DNA of 63,516 nucleotides, the filler included. It is 7 parts of 7 records of this genome, joined end to end, with 100 filler letters (N's around TTAATTAATTAA, not from the genome) between each part and the next. Parts side by side here need not be neighbours in the genome. Positions count along the whole stretch, not along the records: positions 58,247 to 63,516 come from SRR20825019_1627; 6 more parts are not named here. One strand, given 5' to 3'. Positions 60,667 through 63,516 of this stretch are shown here, one piece after another (within the stretch, counting starts at the first letter, position 1; the number at the start of each line of letters is the position of its first letter). The position numbers and the translations under genes are program-made. The notes under the pieces are model-generated. The model searched no databases. It saw only the letters and a program-made list of their open reading frames with translations, and was not told the DNA's origin.

Positions 60667-60696
60667 CCACGCAATGCCGGGCCAGCGCGCCGCCCT

Positions 60697-61710
60697 TTAG
60701 TTCCCGCCCATGGTCGTGGCGACGGAGCCGGAGAAGACCTGGATCATGGCCGGGGAGAGGATAACGATGAACAGTACCGGCAGGAAGAACAGGATCAGCG
60801 GCACGGTCAGCTTGGGGGGCAGCGCAGCGGCTTTCTTTTCGGCTTCCATCATGCGCGCATCGCGGCCTTCCTCGGCCATGACACGCAGGGCCTGGCCCAC
60901 CGAGGTGCCGTAGCGGTCGGCCTGGATGAGGGCGGTCATCACCGATTTGACGCCATCCAGACCGGTACGGCGGCCCAGGTTTTCGTAAGCGCGGGTGCGG
61001 TCTTCGAGGAAAGACAATTCGGCGGTGGTCAATGTCAGCTCTTCGGCCAGTTCAGCGGACTGGCCGCCGATTTCCTTGGCGACGCGCTTGAAGGCGTGTT
61101 CCATCGACATGCCGGCCTCGACGCAAAGCAAGAGCAGATCGAGGCAATCCGGCCAGGACCGGCGAATGGAGGTCTGGCGCTTCTGGGTCCGGTTCCTGAG
61201 CAGCAGCAAGGGAAGATAGGCGCCCAGCAGGCCTGCGCCGATGGCATAGACGAGGTTGAGGAAAAGCGGGCGATCGCCCGGCGTCACGAAGAGCAGATAG
61301 AAGGCGGCGAAGGCGAAAACGCCGATGGGATAGACGAGGCGCTGAAACAGGAACTTGGTCAGTTCGCCCTGCCCGCGCAGCCCGGCCATGGCCAGCTTGT
61401 CGACGGTGGTATCGTCCTGGAAGGCCTTTTTGAGGTCGAGGCGCTCGACGGCGCGCTTCATATAGGACTTGGGTTCCTTGCCGCGCCGGATGGTGCTGCG
61501 GCCCTCGGCATTGCCACCAGACCCGCGCAGCCGCACCATCTCCTCGGCGCGCATCCGGTCGCGCTCGACAGCGACGCGCTTGATGCGCTTTTTCATGTCC
61601 TGGCGGACAATCATGGACGAGCCGAAGGTGAAGACCACCGCCGCGGCGGAAACAGCCGCCAGCACGGCGATGAGGAATTCCCGCTGGGTCAGAAGCTCGA
61701 CAATGTTCAT
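60697..61710 (-). CDS. tadC: Tad pilus assembly protein TadC (T2SS F family)
   Basis: PDCLDLLLLCVEAG, ALIQADRYGTSVGQALRV, AEKKAAALPPKLTVP. Confidence 0.93.
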   Translation of the reverse strand: MNIVELLTQREFLIAVLAAVSAAAVVFTFGSSMIVRQDMKKRIKRVAVERDRMRAEEMVRLRGSGGNAEGRSTIRRGKEPKSYMKRAVERLDLKKAFQDDTTVDKLAMAGLRGQGELTKFLFQRLVYPIGVFAFAAFYLLFVTPGDRPLFLNLVYAIGAGLLGAYLPLLLLRNRTQKRQTSIRRSWPDCLDLLLLCVEAGMSMEHAFKRVAKEIGGQSAELAEELTLTTAELSFLEDRTRAYENLGRRTGLDGVKSVMTALIQADRYGTSVGQALRVMAEEGRDARMMEAEKKAAALPPKLTVPLILFFLPVLFIVILSPAMIQVFSGSVATTMGGN

Positions 61711-61726
61711 GGATGATGACCCCGGC

Positions 61727-62701
61727 TCAAACTTCGAACTGCACCATGCGGTTCATCACGAAAATGCCGGTGGCCAGCATCAGCACGCCGGCGGCCAGAC
61801 AGATATTGCCCACCGGCGTGACGAACAGCGGCAGCAAATAGGTGGGCGTGACCAGCGACACCAAAGTGGCCACGACAAAGGGCAGCGAGCCAATGATGCC
61901 GGCCGAGGCCTTGGCCTCGGAGGACATGGCCTTGACCTTCTGCTTCATCTTCTTGCGGTTGCGCAGCACCCGAGCCAGATTGCCCAGCGCCTCGGACAGA
62001 TTGCCGCCGGCCTGCTGCTGCACGGAAATGACCACCACGAAGAAATTGACTTCCGGAAGCGGGACACGATCGAGCAGGACCTGCACGGCTTCAGTCATGG
62101 ACAGGCCAAAGCTCTGCTGATCCAGCACACGGGCAAATTCGGACTTGACCGGCTCCTTGGTGTCCTTGGCCACCACGCGCATGGAATCGTTGAGCGGCAG
62201 GCCGGTCTTGACGCCACGCACAATGGCTTCGACCGCGTTAGGCAATTCGTCGAGAAAGCGGTCCTGATACTTCTTGCGGCGGCGCGACACATAAAAGCGC
62301 GGCAACAGATAGCCGCCCGCAACCGCGAAGATCGCGGCGAAGTAGAATGGCACCTGGACAATGACGAGCACCACGAACAGCACGACGCCGAAAATGATGC
62401 TGTTGCGGATGAAGGCCGCGGGCTTGATGGTCATACCGGCTTGAAAGATCAGGTCGGACAGGCTCAGCCGCTTTTTGGCATTGAGCTCGTCGGTCTGGGA
62501 TTTGAGGGCCTGCTGAACCGAGCGGCGACGGTCTTCGCGCGTGCGGCTGGCATCGGCCTCGCGGCGATTGGCGCGGATATCGCCCTGAAACGCCTTCATG
62601 CGCTGTTCGGCGCGCTTATTGCCCAGGGCCGAGGGCACCAGGGCAAAGCCGGCGGCCCCGATGGTGATGACGAAAAGCGCGACAAGAGCGAGCGTTATCA
62701 T
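61727..62701 (-). CDS. tadB: Tad pilus assembly protein TadB (T2SS F family)
   Basis: LPNAVEAIVRGVKTG, QQQAGGNLSEAL.NL, KAMSSEAKASA. Confidence 0.93.
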   Translation of the reverse strand: MITLALVALFVITIGAAGFALVPSALGNKRAEQRMKAFQGDIRANRREADASRTREDRRRSVQQALKSQTDELNAKKRLSLSDLIFQAGMTIKPAAFIRNSIIFGVVLFVVLVIVQVPFYFAAIFAVAGGYLLPRFYVSRRRKKYQDRFLDELPNAVEAIVRGVKTGLPLNDSMRVVAKDTKEPVKSEFARVLDQQSFGLSMTEAVQVLLDRVPLPEVNFFVVVISVQQQAGGNLSEALGNLARVLRNRKKMKQKVKAMSSEAKASAGIIGSLPFVVATLVSLVTPTYLLPLFVTPVGNICLAAGVLMLATGIFVMNRMVQFEV

Positions 62702-62703
62702 GG

Positions 62704-63516
62704 TCAGCGCCCCAAAATCTCATGCTCTTCGATATTGGCCTTTTCGAGCGCTTCGACCAGATTGGCTTCTTCGTTGAAGTAGCGGGCGCGCTCGGTGAAT
62801 TGCGGCTTGGTGATGCCGGTCGAGCGATGCTTGCCCAGCAGCATGCCGTTGGCGTCCTCACCCATGATGTCATAGAGGAAGACGTCCTGGGTGACGATGA
62901 CGTCGCCTTCCATGCCCAGCACCTCGGAAATGTGGGTGATGCGGCGCGAGCCGTCGCGCAGGCGGGCGGCCTGGACGATGACGTCGATCGAGGACACGAT
63001 CATTTCGCGAATGGTGCGGCTGGGCAGGGCATAGCCGCCCATGGTGATCATGGATTCCAGGCGCGAAAGGGCTTCGCGCGGCGAGTTGGCGTGCAGCGTG
63101 CCCATCGAGCCGTCATGGCCGGTGTTCATGGCCTGGAGCAGGTCGAAGGCCTCCGGGCCACGCACTTCGCCGACGATGATGCGTTCGGGACGCATACGCA
63201 GGCAGTTCTTGATGAGATCGCGCATGGTGATCTCGCCTTCGCCCTCGAGATTGGGCGGGCGGGTTTCGAGGCGCACCACATGGGGCTGCTGGAGCTGGAG
63301 TTCGGCCGAGTCTTCGCAGGTGATGACGCGCTCGTCCTTCTCGATGAAGGCGGTGAGGCAGTTGAGCAGCGTGGTCTTGCCCGAGCCGGTACCGCCCGAG
63401 ATCAGCACATTGGCACGCACGCGGCCCAGAATGCGCAGCACCTCGGCGCCTTCGGGCGAAATGGAGGCGTATTTGACGAGCTGCTGGAGGGTCAGCTTGT
63501 CCTTCTTGAACTTACG
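62704..63516 (-). CDS. cpaF: Tad pilus ATPase CpaF/TadA, 5'-truncated
   Basis: [46 protein letters not shown]. Confidence 0.96.
   Translation of the reverse strand, partial: RKFKKDKLTLQQLVKYASISPEGAEVLRILGRVRANVLISGGTGSGKTTLLNCLTAFIEKDERVITCEDSAELQLQQPHVVRLETRPPNLEGEGEITMRDLIKNCLRMRPERIIVGEVRGPEAFDLLQAMNTGHDGSMGTLHANSPREALSRLESMITMGGYALPSRTIREMIVSSIDVIVQAARLRDGSRRITHISEVLGMEGDVIVTQDVFLYDIMGEDANGMLLGKHRSTGITKPQFTERARYFNEEANLVEALEKANIEEHEILGR

Overview
The window is not one locus. It is seven unrelated contigs joined by six artificial 100-bp linkers (N44-TTAATTAATTAA-N44), as in a metagenome concatenation. Taxon labels below are inferred from gene content and composition. (1) 1-15974, Rhizobiales-like: secG, tpiA, parE, three ester/lipid hydrolases, three GT25 glycosyltransferases, an L,D-transpeptidase, a RIME-like repeat and the thrS 3' end. 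(2) 16075-22660, Rhodospirillales (Thalassospira-like): an orphan Panacea/DUF4065 gene, ChaN, a trans-sulfuration enzyme, a DAO oxidoreductase, a Zur-box-led small unit and an MBL hydrolase. (3) 22761-28589, Rhodobacteraceae-like: mutL, rmuC, an ALDH16-like gene and deoC. (4) 28690-41286, Marinobacter-like core genes: thyA, lgt, xseB-ispA-dxs, ribA, moaC, argJ, secA. (5) 41387-50658, Verrucomicrobia/Opitutales-like: a PATR-repeat protein, GDPD, a stand-alone lipoyl carrier, SDR, RlmM-like, GxGYxYP, TrmH and two repeat families. (6) 50759-58146, Devosia-like: MCP, degenerate EAL, ROK, a LuxO-like activator and CIRCE-groES-groEL. (7) 58247-63516, Devosia-like: an AT-richer accessory patch of small genes embedded in a degenerate inverted motif family, then tadC-tadB-cpaF. 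No rRNA, tRNA, CRISPR array or transposase was recognised. Best candidates for something new: the motif-bounded, cassette-like patch at 58280-60145; the Zur-box/small-ORF/anti-SD-hairpin unit at 20871-21091; a catalytic-domain-free lipoyl carrier; an Opitutales 17-bp palindrome family; an orphan Panacea protein; and a LuxO-like protein with a natural Asp-to-Glu phosphosite. All calls come from motif recognition by eye, with no database searches.
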